This document shows, one piece after another, positions 1-12,825 of a stretch of DNA of 63,392 nt. The stretch is from contig NC_068992.1 in assembly GCF_001194135.2 (NCBI RefSeq), positions 23,180,315-23,243,706 on the forward strand. Direction: 5' to 3'. A program made the position numbers and the translations under genes. This DNA comes from Octopus bimaculoides. Lineage: Eukaryota. How positions within the stretch are numbered: position 1 is the stretch's first letter; each line of letters opens with the position of its first letter. The notes below the pieces were generated by a model that searched no databases, was not told the DNA's origin, and saw only the letters and a program-made list of their open reading frames with translations.

Positions 1-137
1 TTTATTCAGTGTTATCGCAATTTGAAAAAACATCGAAAGAGGTATCAATATTTATAAAGATAGTTTGTACAGTTTTAATATTCATACAGATTTTTTTCCT
101 TTCCTGCAGGGTGTATACATCTTTTTAGATGGCTCTG

Positions 138-160
138 TATACACACACACACACACTCAC

Positions 161-191
<31 letters not shown>

Positions 192-264
192 TATATACAC
201 ATACATATATACATTTATGCATATATATGTATATCTGCATGTATATGTATATATATATATATGT

Positions 265-353
<89 letters not shown>

Positions 354-375
354 GATGTGTGTGTGCGTGTGTGCA
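138..375. repeat. Compound (CA)n/(TA)n/(TG)n microsatellite
   Basis: Direct reading. It is the source of four spurious ORFs. Confidence 0.95.
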
Positions 376-2616
376 TGCGTGTGTACTCTGCACGTACTTT
401 TCAGTTCGGAACGAGATCGGTAAACAAATCATAGCTAAACTCTTAGACCCGAAATATAAAAATGATTGTAGTGGCGTGGGAAAGCGAGAGGGAATTGCTT
501 GTCTGTCTATCTGAATTCTATTCTATAAAAAATGTCGATCTCTTAATTTATTAAAATCAGATCCCTTTATTGTAAATGACATCTGTTTACTCCACACTGA
601 CTGTACATGAACTTCGCTTCCTCGTTCTTCTCCAGTACTGATGAATGTAAAGTCTATATTACCATTGAATCGAATGTAATGAAAAACTAGAGTTCAATGA
701 TTATGTTCGTATATAAAACTATAAAACTATAAAAAATATTAAACGTTGCAAGGAAAATGTTACAGCATTTACATTATTTTCTTTTTATTTATCACATTTG
801 TATATGGGTTACAGGGAATTGAATTTAGCGGGCCATGGCTGGAAAAGAATATCATTAAATAATAAAGTTATATTTTGACATGAATGCAAAACGTTCTATA
901 TACTTTCCCCCTTATTTCTCTACTACTTTTTCTGGATTAAATCGATTTTTGACTGCAAACTAAAGTTTACAGCAGGTGATAATTGTATTTCTGTATCTCC
1001 ATCCGATCGCAATTGTTCTCCTCTTCACATCATTGTACGTTCTAGTGATAAGTGGCTAGCTTATACTCTGTTCAGTATACATTGGATGCGAATTCAATTT
1101 TAAACTAAAATTCTTGCAAACGTACATTTAACCGGCAATTTTTTTAATCATTGGACGCATAGAGATAAGCGTAATGTTCACCTGCTACAAACTTCGGTTT
1201 AAAGCAGATACAAAATGGATTTAATCATGAACGAAATTCAAAAGAGAAGTAATTTTGAATGTTCTGCTTTGAGACAAGTGGAAACTTAATGTTTAAAATT
1301 TTAAGCAATTTAACTTTTTTTATTGAACTTAGTGAATTCCATCTAACAACTATACACAGCTTTGATCATGATAACCACAAGAACAAAGTGTAGACGGAAA
1401 ATAATGCAATATTGAATCCAATAAACTTTTATTATAGACGCTTCATGAATATCTATTGAAGAATGTTCATGTCTGCAAGCAAGTATATATATCTGGGAAA
1501 GAATACATTTTCGAAAGAGCTGCCTCATCTACCGCCTGCTATAAAGTAAGAAGAGCATTTTTTTCATTAATATGTATACGAGTACATATGGAATTCAGAA
1601 AGATAGTTAATCCGTTGCCACTCCGTTGCAATTATTCGGTTTTCCTCTCCTGTGATAAATGGTAAAATTATTTCTTCTTCCCGGTCTCTTTATCCTTTTC
1701 TCCTCACGCGCGCGCACACACACAGACACACGCACACACAGACACACGCACGCACAAACACACGCACACACATACACACAAACTCACACACAGAGACACA
1801 TAGAGGCACATGTATACACATTTACTGATATAGAATTATCTTTTCCAGTGTGCGCTTTTTAGATCACTACTCGAAGATTTAAAGCATATAACTTTCACTA
1901 GTGTACAATGCGAATATATAAACGCACACACACACACGCACACACACACACACGCACACACACACACACACATACATATACGCTATATCTCTCTCTCTCT
2001 CTCTTGCACACACATGTAATATTCACATAGACAATAATTAGGTTTGCGTTAACATATATTTTTAACAACAATGAACTAACGATAAATGATTACGCAATGT
2101 CAAAGAAGAAGATAGAAATAGTTTTAGAGTGTGACGGGTGAGTGCACTCCAAATGTATTTCTATCTACTGATCAACAAAACGAAAGTCATTGGATATTGT
2201 AAGTCGTAATCTAGGATGATAAAATGCTTTTATAACATTTGTTATGGGAAAGTACGGCAGGATTACTTTTTTTAAATATTGCAGCGAATGTTTCCAGGTG
2301 AGTGATAGCCTCATGATAATTTGCAGAACTCTATTTCAGGACCTGATACAAATATGATGTTACAATTGTCCTTTGTGTGTTGCCATGATCAAATTACTGG
2401 AAAACGAAGATTGATATCTTTTGCATAAACTGTGTTTTATAAACAGTCAGAGCAAGGAAACCATTGGTGTTAATAACATACTTGTCGAATACAGTTAATC
2501 TTTAGTAAACATCTAATTAGTTAGAATATCGGGTGGAGTGTACCCATTTGATGCATACTTCACTGAAACACTTTGGGTAAACCCTATTCAGACAACCCAG
2601 CTATGAGTTACTAATG

Positions 2617-2617
2617 C

Positions 2618-2689
<72 letters not shown>
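2617..2689. repeat. (TAA)n microsatellite
   Basis: Direct reading. Confidence 0.95.
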
Positions 2690-2690
<1 letters not shown>

Positions 2691-3821
2691 GCACCCTGTG
2701 AAGATAGCTCCAGATGGGGAACGGATAGTTAAATTTTCGATGCCGGGCGGTTTTTGTGCGTGCGAGCAAAGTTAAGCACACCTTTAACTTACGGAGACGT
2801 CTCTTTGTTTGAACCAATTATTCCTTCATTTTCCAACTATTTGTCATCATCTTCTATGCGAAATGACTTATTAAAATATGTTTAACTATATTCGTCACTC
2901 TTTTCAATTGATAATATTTTCATTAAGATATGAATTTCGTCGTTTCCTTAACGAATAAACCATGCTATGTTGCATCTTATTTTAGACATCTTATTCATAA
3001 ATTAAATTGTAATACAGCTTTTAAAACGCGCGCTGATGGCTTTATTTACAAGTTGTACAATATCCTCTAATGTGTGCCATAATGACGCATAGTTCTCCAC
3101 GTCTAAATGAGAAATTGTGCTCCGTGTCCATTCTTGCATTGAATTTCATTGGCTTCCGTGATTTGACTTAATTTAAGTTGTGTTAAACCTGTCCTTTCGT
3201 TCTTCAGCTTAAAAGGATTGAATCCAAAAACTGCCTTGCGTTCGAAAATGCACTATATTAATTACTCAATGAAAGTATAATCAAACCATTACAGCCATAG
3301 TTGCCGTGCTCGGATAATGCTTCTTTTGGCAGTGAAAATTAGATATGTTCACTAACAGGAACGTTTGGATGGCTATCATGAGTTCATTACTGGTAAGATT
3401 GTTCCTCAAATTAAGTGATGTACTGAATCAAATGAACAATCACCTTACGTGGCTAAAATCAGTGAAGTTTTGTTCCCTTGGTCTAAGTACTGCCAACCTT
3501 AATTAATTCTGTTTAATTATTTGGAATAATATTGAAACTGATCATCCATAAATGAACAGTCTGATCATGCATAGAGGAACTTCCCCCTCTCTTGCACCCT
3601 CATCTCGCCTACCTCTCTCAGAATTTTGGTACTTCTCATCAACCAAATTGCCACTATTCCACCCGGAATACCTTTCGAAATTTATGCTTTTCGGACTCTG
3701 CGATCATAGACCTCAGTGTATACACTTGTTGATTTGTATCATAACAATCTCCCACCACTTCTCGAACATTTTGAGCATTTGACCGTGTAAACCTCCTACG
3801 TTACTAACACACACACACACA

Positions 3822-3867
<46 letters not shown>

Positions 3868-3905
3868 CATATATATAAATATATATAAATATATATATTT
3901 TTACA

Positions 3906-4065
3906 ACAGGCTTTCAATTTCCGCCTAGTAAATATTTCTCAGAAGGCCTTGGTTTGTCTCAAGCTATAGTAGAAGACACTTTCCCAAGATGGCACACAGT
4001 GGTACTGAACCCGGAACCATGTGGTTGGGAAGCAACCTTTTAATCCGAAAACCATGGCTGCACCT
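3906..4065 (-). mobile_element. tRNA-derived SINE family A, 5' half (degenerate)
   Basis: Reverse complement matches the head of the family A copy at 45851 (CCACATGGTTCCGGGTTCAG...CTTGGGAAAGTGTCTTCTACTATAGC...GGCGGAAATTGAAAG). Confidence 0.8.
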
Positions 4066-4219
4066 ATGTTGATAACTTAACAATGCTCATTGACACAACT
4101 CATATGGTAAGAGAATTCCTAATCCCTTGTAGATCAGAATACAACCACCAAAACACCGGGATATGTATTTTACACATGATTGTTTCTAATTTAAGCTTTG
4201 TTATATATATATATTATAT

Positions 4220-4380
4220 AGATGAGTGACTCTGTGGTACGAAGCCCGCTTCCCAAACACATGGTTTCGGGTTCCGACTCACTGCATGGCACCTTAGGGA
4301 AGTGTCTTCTATTATAGACACGGGCCGACCGAAGCATTATGAGTGGATCTGGTAGACGGAAACTGAAAGAAGCCTGTCGG
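4220..4380 (+). mobile_element. SINE family A, 5' half
   Basis: TGTGGTACGAAG (A box-like), GGGTTCCGACTC (B box-like), GCACCTTAGGGAAGTGTCTTCTATTATAG...GTAGACGGAAACTGAAAGAAGCCTGTCG. Confidence 0.85.
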
Positions 4381-4404
4381 ACATTGTTAACCACTACACA
4401 CATT

Positions 4405-4560
4405 TTTTTCTCTTCTTGTTTCTCTCCTTCTTTCTGTGTTCCTTTCTGTGGAAGAGCGTAGGTTGTAAACGTTTAAGCATTATTCAATTCTCGAGTGTTA
4501 TACTAATACATCTGTTTTCTACACCACCTGTCTTCGTCTGTTGCTTTTTTGTGAATTCTC
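4405..4560 (+). repeat. Pyrimidine-rich probable interspersed repeat with a decayed hammerhead-shaped motif
   Basis: CTTT-CTGTGGA-AGAGCGTAGGTTG-TAAA-CGT-T-TAAG at 4442-4477 follows type-I hammerhead order but with several core and stem mismatches. The repeat is cut by a gap. Confidence 0.35.
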
Positions 4561-5782
4561 CCCCCCCCCCATATATATATATATATATATANNNNNNNNN
4601 NNNNNNNNNNNNNNNNNNNNNNNNNNNNNNNNNNNNNNNNNNNNNNNNNNNNNNNNNNNNNNNNNNNNNNNNNATAATTATTACAAATTAAAAGGGTAAA
4701 GGATTATCAATTTATTAATTAATAAATCATTTAACAATTAACAATTTTTACCATACGATATACTCTCAGTACCGAAAATGCTATTTTATATTACCAAAAT
4801 GATTGAATATAAATGCCTACAATACAAAAATATAAATGCTAGCAATGCAATGTGCGATGCATAAAACGTGCTTACTAAACATATTTGATATATGTAATTC
4901 AAATACAAGTTGATAGTAGAAAATATATTTCGGTCAACATATCGACCATTTTATATAAACGTTAGGAATTCAATTGAAGCAGAAATTGTTTATTACAACA
5001 GAAATAAATGATTTAAATGCATTTAGAGTGTATATTGTGTAACACATTAGCAATAATAAAAAAATAACAAAACAATAATTTGAGTTCTGGTATCGAAATT
5101 AATACTTATATATATATATATAGGTTAGGAGCTAAACTTACTAAAACTAGATAGCACCATAATACTTATTATAGCTTCAAATTACAGAGAAAATTTCACA
5201 CAATAATATCGCAATTATGTTGATGCTGAAGAAACTTTTGTTTTCTTTTCATTTCCATTTTCTATTCTCGTGAAAACAATACAAAATAGGCGTTGATGGA
5301 ACTTCTATAGGAGAGCGAACAATTTTCAATCTCAAATTCTTGAAACGAGTAGAGGCTTACGTCTATATTTTATGGTACTCAAGGGAAAAACGGATATGCT
5401 TTATTTGTTTCCATTTGTTTACACAAAAGCCACCACCGCAACTATCACCGTCTGTTGATATTGAAATGATATTTTGCTAATATGCTGTCATTTATCGGTG
5501 AGGTCAAAACCAGATACGATAGAATTTCATTCTTCATTGTCTGTGTTACAATAATGTAAGTAGTTCTTGAGATTTAACTATATTTCTCTCCTACTTCTTG
5601 ATATATTCCGCAACACGGTTACCGAGATTAGTTCAAGAAAAACAAAGATATGGTTTACAGCCAAGTGGAGTTCATTGCTACAGATACCTTTAAAAGAAAA
5701 CCTAGATTTGAGGTTTCAATGTTTCATTTGTTTTTACATTTGAATTTTAATTATTCAGCGTTCACTATTATATCATTCTATA

Positions 5783-5990
5783 GGGAAGCAAGGTCAGAGT
5801 AATGGTTAGTATGCAGAGCAAACTGCTTAGATGCATTTTATCCGTCTTGACGTTCTGGCTTCCAATTCCGCCGACATTGACTTTCATTTTCAGAGTCGAT
5901 AAAATAAGAACCATTTCAACTGTGGAATCGATGCAATTGACTTACCCTCTCCCCCAAAATTGTTGTCTTTGTGCCACAATTTGAAACCAA
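5783..5990 (+). mobile_element. SINE family B (degenerate)
   Basis: Aligns with the copies at 29561 and 56791: CTTGACGTTCTGGCTTCCAATTCCGCCGAC...GAGTCGATAAAATAAGAACCA...TCGATGCAATTGACT...TTTGTGCC. Confidence 0.7.
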
Positions 5991-6841
5991 TATTGTTTTA
6001 TTCTGTTCATGTATCTGTCTCTCAAGGAAAATGTGTGTGTTTGCGTATACATGCAAAACTTCGTGTATAGATATATAAATATATATATATATGTGTGTGT
6101 GTGTGTNNNNNNNNNNNNNNNNNNNNNNNNNNNNNNNNNNNNNNNNNNNNNNNNNNNNNNNNNNNNNNNNNNNNNNNNNNNNNNNNNNNNNNNNNNNNNN
6201 NNNNNNNNNNNNNNNNNNNNNNNNNNNNNNNNNNNNNNNNNNNNNNNNNNNNNNNNNNNNNNNNNNNNNNNNNNNNNNNNNNNNNNNNNNNNNNNNNNNN
6301 NNNNNNNNNNNNNNNNNNNNNNNNNNNNNNNNNNNNNNNNNNNNNNNNNNNNNNNNNNNNNNNNNNNNNNNNNNNNNNNNNNNNNNNNNNNNNNNNNNNN
6401 NNNNNNNNNNNNNNNNNNNNNNNNNNNNNNNNNNNNNNNNNNNNNNNNNNNNNNNNNNNNNNNNNNNNNNNNNNNNNNNNNNNNNNNNNNNNNNNNNNNN
6501 NNNNNNNNNNNNNNNNNNNNNNNNNNNNNNNNNNNNNNNNNNNNNNNNNNNNNNNNNNNNNNNNNNNNNNNNNNNNNNNNNNNNNNNNNNNNNNNNNNNN
6601 NNNNNNNNNNNNNNNNNNNNNNNNNNNNNNNNNNNNNNNNNNNNNNNNNNNNNNNNNNNNNNNNNNNNNNNNNNNNNNNNNNNNNNNNNNNNNNNNNNNN
6701 NNNNNNNNNNNNNNNNNNNNNNNNNNNNNNNNNNNNNNNNNNNNNNNNNNNNNNNNNNNNNNNNNNNNNNNNNNNNNNNNNNNNNNNNNNNNNNNNNNNN
6801 NNNNNNNNNNNNNNNNNNNNNNNNNNNNNNNNNNNNNNNNN

Positions 6842-6883
<42 letters not shown>

Positions 6884-6896
6884 GATTAATTATTAA

Positions 6897-7256
6897 GAGT
6901 ACTAACAGGAGGTACCACAATACTGACAGTGCAGTCAAAATGACCAAACCACGAGTTTTCACTGAAACACAAAGGTGAAAGGTGGCAAATGAATAAAAAA
7001 CAGTTTTGTGATGAATAAAGTCTACAACCCTTGCATCAGTAAGACTTGCTGAAGATGATCTAAGGGTATTTCTCAAAGTTCGACATCACAGTGATCCGGT
7101 ATGTCTGACTTTTCAATGTTCGATTATATTCGTCATTGGTAGGAAACTTCGGAGTTTTATTCATTTGCCTGCTTTCACCTCTGCGCTTAAGTGAAAACTC
7201 GTGGTTTGGTCATTTTGACTGTTATGTCAGCATTCCGGTACCTCCTGTTAGTACCC
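6897..7256. mobile_element. MITE (~360 bp, ~100 bp TIRs, TTAA flanks; Kolobok-like termini)
   Basis: TTAA|GAGTACTAACAGGAGGTACC...CAGTCAAAATGACCAAACCACGAGTTTTCACT is mirrored by AGTGAAAACTCGTGGTTTGGTCATTTTGACTG...GGTACCTCCTGTTAGTACCC|TTAA. TTAA flanks with purine-purine termini fit Kolobok (established knowledge); the superfamily call is an inference. Confidence 0.8.
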
Positions 7257-8252
7257 TTAAAAATTAATCAATATACACACATGAACTTCTCATAGCACTT
7301 CCTTATAAATACAAACGCTTAAGACACAACTTTGTTATAAACTTCTGACTGCCCGAAAGTGTATTTTCTTTAAATTTAAACCTTTGCAGAAGTAATTTTA
7401 TAGAGAAACATAATCTCTTGACGTCAAATTATTTTTAAAAATTGTTCTCTTGCTTTGTGAATCGTCTGATTGTTGGACATAACCTGCCTTTTACTTGCAT
7501 AGAGCGATAGAGAAATGCTGTAACATTAGATAAGTACTAACTTTTTAGCTTCTAAACAATATTCTCCTTATCTTTGCAACAATAAAGTGCAGTAATGTAG
7601 ATTAATGTATCGCGCGTTTAGTTTTCACACACCATTAACCCAATGCAATGTGTTAGGAGGTAAATCTTGTCAGTTCTGATAAGCATAAAGGCTATCAATT
7701 CCAACAGTTGTTACAAATACGAGGAACACAAATTATGGCTCTAAACTCCGCTTGATATCCAGCTAGCACACATTGAGAATACTTACATTGTAAAGTAATT
7801 CTACAAAGTTTTCAAATATAAATGCAAACCTGTTTGTTTACCATTCTTTGTTTAGTTATTTACTCATTCTAAAAGCAACTTCAATTTTTCACTTAACATT
7901 TTAAGAAAACATCGATATTTCTAACAGATTACGCATAATTATCAGCAACCGTCTTGATCTAAATATTAAATACTTTGCAAAAGGCGGCTTCCCTCTGTAC
8001 TAACCCGGCTCCAGCAGCAAAACTTAGTAGCAGGTAACCTCCAGGCCAGCCAGCAAACCAACCTGTCTAAGGAAGAAGTCGTTTCTTCAAAACACACGTC
8101 TCGCAAAATGCAGTTCTTTGCTAATTACTTTCACACTGACTGGCCTCCGCTTGCTAATTATCTGCGCACGGAGATTAGGCCCTCCTCATATACTCGTGCA
8201 TTAATCGACAATATTTTAAACTGTCGAGTGATTTCGTAACTGTTTGGAATTT

Positions 8253-8285
<33 letters not shown>

Positions 8286-8419
8286 ATAGCGGTGGTAGTG
8301 ATGTTACTAGTAATACAACAAAATTACCAGCCTCGTATATAAAAATGCAACACGTAGGGGAGAGTGTCACAACCGGGCTTCCCCTTCCACATGCAGCCTA
8401 ACGTCACTTCCTGTATTTC

Positions 8420-9120
8420 CACTTGCCGAGAGATAAACCAAGAGAGCTTGAATGTTGTAAAACAGCTGTCGAAATAAAGGATGTAATGATATGCTGTACG
8501 GTGATGAGGAGGATCAAAATATTTGGTTTTGATGTTCCCTTCCCTACGGGTTGTGTTTTTATGTCAGTCTTTTTTGAGATTTCTTGGCAGATATCTAACC
8601 CAATTGCCATCAGAACAGGAAAATATTCATTTCTGTGAAACGAAGAGATCTTGGAACAAATCTATGGGCAATTTTCAGAAATGCCTGACCTGGTACATCT
8701 ATCAAGGATTTGGGAGCATTTGTGATTCGTGATAAACTAAACAATCATCAGAGTGTCATCAGGCTGGTCTTCCCGAGATGAGCGCAGATCGATGAAAAAT
8801 AAATGGTCCAGTACATTTCATACAGTGCTCGTCTGTTGCAGGATATCTTCGTTGTGTATAGACTCGTTGTTGAATAGTAAGATGTTTGAAGACACACAAT
8901 GTGTCTCATAGCGAGCTTTATCAGGAGACCCGGGATGGAACGAAGTCAAAGAAAGTCACTAACCCATCAGATGACGCAATCAATAATCAAGTACTTTGAG
9001 GGGCATAAAATGCCTCATATTACACTGTGCAATATGCATACGCTTTGGTATATGGTCAAGTTTCATTTGAAGGAGTTTTTTGACACTTACTTCTGCCAGG
9101 ACAAGAAACCACAGAAAGTC
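8420..9120 (-). pseudogene. Very decayed non-LTR retrotransposon RT relic (CR1/Ingi-like)
   Basis: Minus-strand pieces in different frames: 'VI*WVSDFL*LRS' (8949-8966), 'ETHCVSS', 'NEDILQQTS', 'SSREDQPDDTLMIV'. They resemble LINE RT segments; many stops and frameshifts. Confidence 0.3.
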
Positions 9121-9946
9121 ACTCTTCTTGTACATTCTTGATGTGATAATTTCTAGTATTACAATGCAACTGTCTCAAAAAGTCTATAGAACATTATGTT
9201 AAGAAGTCCGTATTCAGTAATGAAACATTAAAAGTTTTTCAGTGTTATATTTCACGGTATTTTTATTGAACAGTCAGTGATTCTATGCTGATATATCACA
9301 TAATTATCTGAAGATAGACATATAATTGAATTATTGTACAAACTGCTATACATCTAGAATCGCTCATATTGTCATCAAGATTCTGACAATAACTTTCGAT
9401 TCATACTCACTTGTGCACCTTATATGTGTAATACTACTTATCTTTTGACAAAGCGAACATAATTGTATTATGAGGAAAGAGGAAATTGAATGTTGTGGCT
9501 GCCATATGCTTCCGAGTGTATAAAGAGCGGAAATGAAGTGTCTTGGCTTCGTTCAGACATTATTACGTGTCACGTTTTCTTCTTATTGTGAACGTACCTG
9601 TTCCTCATCAGCGTTCCTTATTATTTGCAGTATGAGTAATATTTATATCAATAATCTCAAAAAGAGACTGGAAGTTTATTATCACACAATATCTTGGATC
9701 ATTAGTAACACACATATTTATTAATTGTGATTGGTACAACAAATTCTCGTCTTATCTTAACTTTGTATCTTTTTTTCTTTTCAAAAGTTGAAAGTGAAAA
9801 AAAAAAAAAATGAAATTTAGAAGTTCAAAGTGAAGTAGTACTTACAGTCGAAAGTCAGCAACCGTTCAATATATAACCTTCCTTCGACATGTTACAATTT
9901 GCACGAAATGTTACACACACACGCAAATGCGCGCAATATATATATG

Positions 9947-10008
<62 letters not shown>

Positions 10009-11489
10009 TGTGTGGTGAAATTTGACATTACCCTATATGACATTTAACAAAGCATAATTTCAAGTACTTCCAGGAAGCATATTTTCACGAATAAATTTTT
10101 ACATTTACAAATTGACGTTTAAAGTTCTTTAACATTTAAATAAAATGAATTAGAATTTGTAGTGATGTTATAAATGTAAGGCTGAAGCTGAAGAAATGAA
10201 AATATAACTGAAACTAAGGTTTTTCACCGTGAGAAATATGTAACATTTGTTAAGGTCGACGGAGTCGCAACAAGAGTAAACGCGAATCACTACTGTGGCC
10301 TTGAATTTTTTCTCTAAAACAGGAAATACTCAACTGCCAAAAAAAAATAATCATATGAACACAGCCAAACAATGTATTTGGAGATTTGAATTGCTTTGTA
10401 TAATTGCCGGGTTTATGTTTAAATTGACCTCTGCTTCTCATACACTAGTAATTTGGAATAATAAAAAGATAATAATTAATAGACAGTGAAAAATCAGAGC
10501 TAAGTTAAGCCACAATTCCATTGAAATCTCACTCTAAGCCTTCAGATTACAAATATGATAAACAACTAATACAATAATAAATTTAATGACACATTGTATA
10601 TTAGTCTCTCAGAATATATTTAATAGAATTGTGTATTTATATTTCATATCCATTCCATCTTTTATTTCAATATTATATTTTATTAATAATATGTTTGTCC
10701 TTCATACGAATCACAAAGTATATTTGTATGTTTCCATAAACTACCAGCAGCTGTTTATGTACTTCAGATATTTGCAATGAGTCTTATATAATAAAAACAC
10801 ACCTCATAACTCGAAAATTTGAAAGCGATACATCATTCACCGGTCATTTATTAAACGTTTTAAACAACCGGCACTCTATGTTTAATATCATCATTATTGG
10901 GTGCCACCCACCTCAACAAGTGTAATACCACGAAAGTAGCCCATTCTCAGTTACCCCTATTCATTACTCAATATACATCGTTCTATTTAAAATCAGTGCA
11001 ATCCTTGATATCAAATATCCATGGAATTCAGGGCTCCTCATGTCTTCTCTTAACATATACTTTTACCTCCTACTTACAGACACTCTAACCAATTCTTCAG
11101 AATTACGTCTCGCAAATATATCACCTTTTTGTGCTACGCGGCAGCTCATCAGCAGACTTCTCTCTGTTTGCATCATATAAGTCCTAGAGCTGCGATTTAT
11201 TTCATTTCGAGGTGATCCAAGTACATGGTATTGATAAGCCACAATAATGGCAAAATATGGATACCTACCATCTTCACGAGTTATTTTTCACCTAGTCTGG
11301 GCCATTGGCTGTTTTTTCAACACTTGGCATCGTGAAAGGAGGTTTCCTTGGACGCTATCGCACAGAAAATGAGCGTATGAACAAAACACATACACTACGT
11401 GTGTGCGAGAGATAGTGCTTTCACACAGACACACAGACACACACACATACACAGACACGCACATATACACACACACATACACACACAGA

Positions 11490-11533
<44 letters not shown>

Positions 11534-11710
11534 ATTAATATAAGCAGCAGTTTGCAATGTTTCACCAGAGGAGAATTATGTCATTAGATTTACTGGGGTG
11601 TTAGGAAACAACTACACACAAACACACACAAGCACAAATACACACACACACACACAGAAACACACACACACACACACACACNNNNNNNNNNATATATATA
11701 TATATATATA

Positions 11711-11873
11711 CGACGGTCTTCTTTTAGTTTCCATCTACCAAATCCACTCACAAGGATTTGGTCGGACCGAGGCTATAGTAGAAGTTACTTACGGAAGTTC
11801 CATGCCGTGGGACTGAAACCGGAACCATGTGGTTGGAAAGCGAGCTTCTTATCATACAGCCACTCTTGCGCCT
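11711..11873 (-). mobile_element. SINE family A, 5' half
   Basis: Reverse complement gives AGGCGCAAGAGTGGCTGTATGATAAGAAGCTCGC...CCACATGGTTCCGGTTTCAGTCCCAC...GAGTGGATTTGGTAGATGGAAAC. It abuts the microsatellite and gap. Confidence 0.9.
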
Positions 11874-11957
11874 TCTGCAGCAAGTGAATTCGATCTTAAG
11901 ATTCAGCGTGAAAATTTACATCAACACAATGCAGCCAAACAGAAAAGATCCAATATT

Positions 11958-12164
11958 CTCCTCTACTCTAGGCACAAGGCCCGAAATGTTTGTGAGGGGC
12001 CCAGTCGATTAGATCGAACACGGTACGCATCTGGTGCTTAATTTATCGACTCCAAAAGTATGAAAGTCACAGTCGACCAAATTTGAACTCAGAACGTAAA
12101 GACAGACGAAATACTGCGAAGCATTTCCCCCGGCGTGTTGATGTCTCTACCAGCTCGACCCCTT
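11958..12164 (-). mobile_element. SINE family B with 17-bp target-site duplication
   Basis: Family B sequence flanked by the perfect direct repeat AGAAAAGATCCAATATT at 11941-11957 and 12165-12181. Confidence 0.9.
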
Positions 12165-12699
12165 AGAAAAGATCCAATATTGAAATAATAAACACGATAC
12201 TATGTATGCACCTCTGTCTCCTTATTGTCACGGTTCTTCTACTCAGGATAAACGCTTAAGACAAAGAATGAGGAATTACTACCAGCAAAATTTTGCCTGC
12301 AATACAAGATGAAATTTTGAATTTAAAGAACCGATGTCGCTCAGTTAATGCATAATGCAGAATGTGGATAAAATGAGGCAAACATCCTGTTTCCTCCCGA
12401 AGACTTATCGATAAATAATCTGATGTCGCTGAGAATAAAAGAAATCGCGTGATTTCATTGAACAATAGAAGTTTAAAAACTCATTTAAAAGCCACTACAC
12501 GTTCGTCCTGAATTCATTTTGAAATTCCTTTAAACTCTCTAAGATGCAGATTTGTCCTACGACTACGTAGCAATATGGGACTACGTTACACTGTTAATAA
12601 ATTTATCGAATGCTACATTTTCGCCTGTTCATTCTCTCGTGAGCCTATATGTGTGTGCATATGTGTGTGTGTGTGCGCGTGTGTTTATATATTTATATA

Positions 12700-12785
12700 T
12701 ATAAAATAAAGAAATGGGAAAAGAACTCAAAACATCCAGACAGCTAGGTGATACAAAAAAGGGGCAACAAAATATCCAGATAATA
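12700..12785. repeat. Interspersed repeat family C fragment
   Basis: ATGGGAAAAGAACTCAAAACATCCAGACAGCTAGGTGATACAAAAAAGGGGCAACAAAATATCCA is similar to 59250-59315. Both copies follow a (TA)n run. Confidence 0.6.

Positions 12786-12825
<40 letters not shown>

Noticed and set aside
65-514. ORFs rich in HT/YI/CV/SL/RE dipeptides here and throughout the window
   Set aside because: They are translations of (CA)n, (TA)n, (TG)n and (GA)n microsatellites, not proteins.
5916-7076. Long ORFs containing X runs (also at 12.8, 17.5, 27.4, 29.0, 39.9, 42.9 and 58.8 kb)
   Set aside because: They are open only because N-gaps contain no stop codons.
9555-9615. Minus-strand CTGATGA followed by two small hairpins
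   Set aside because: There is a 10-nt extra junction before GAAA and no stem I, so the topology is not a hammerhead.
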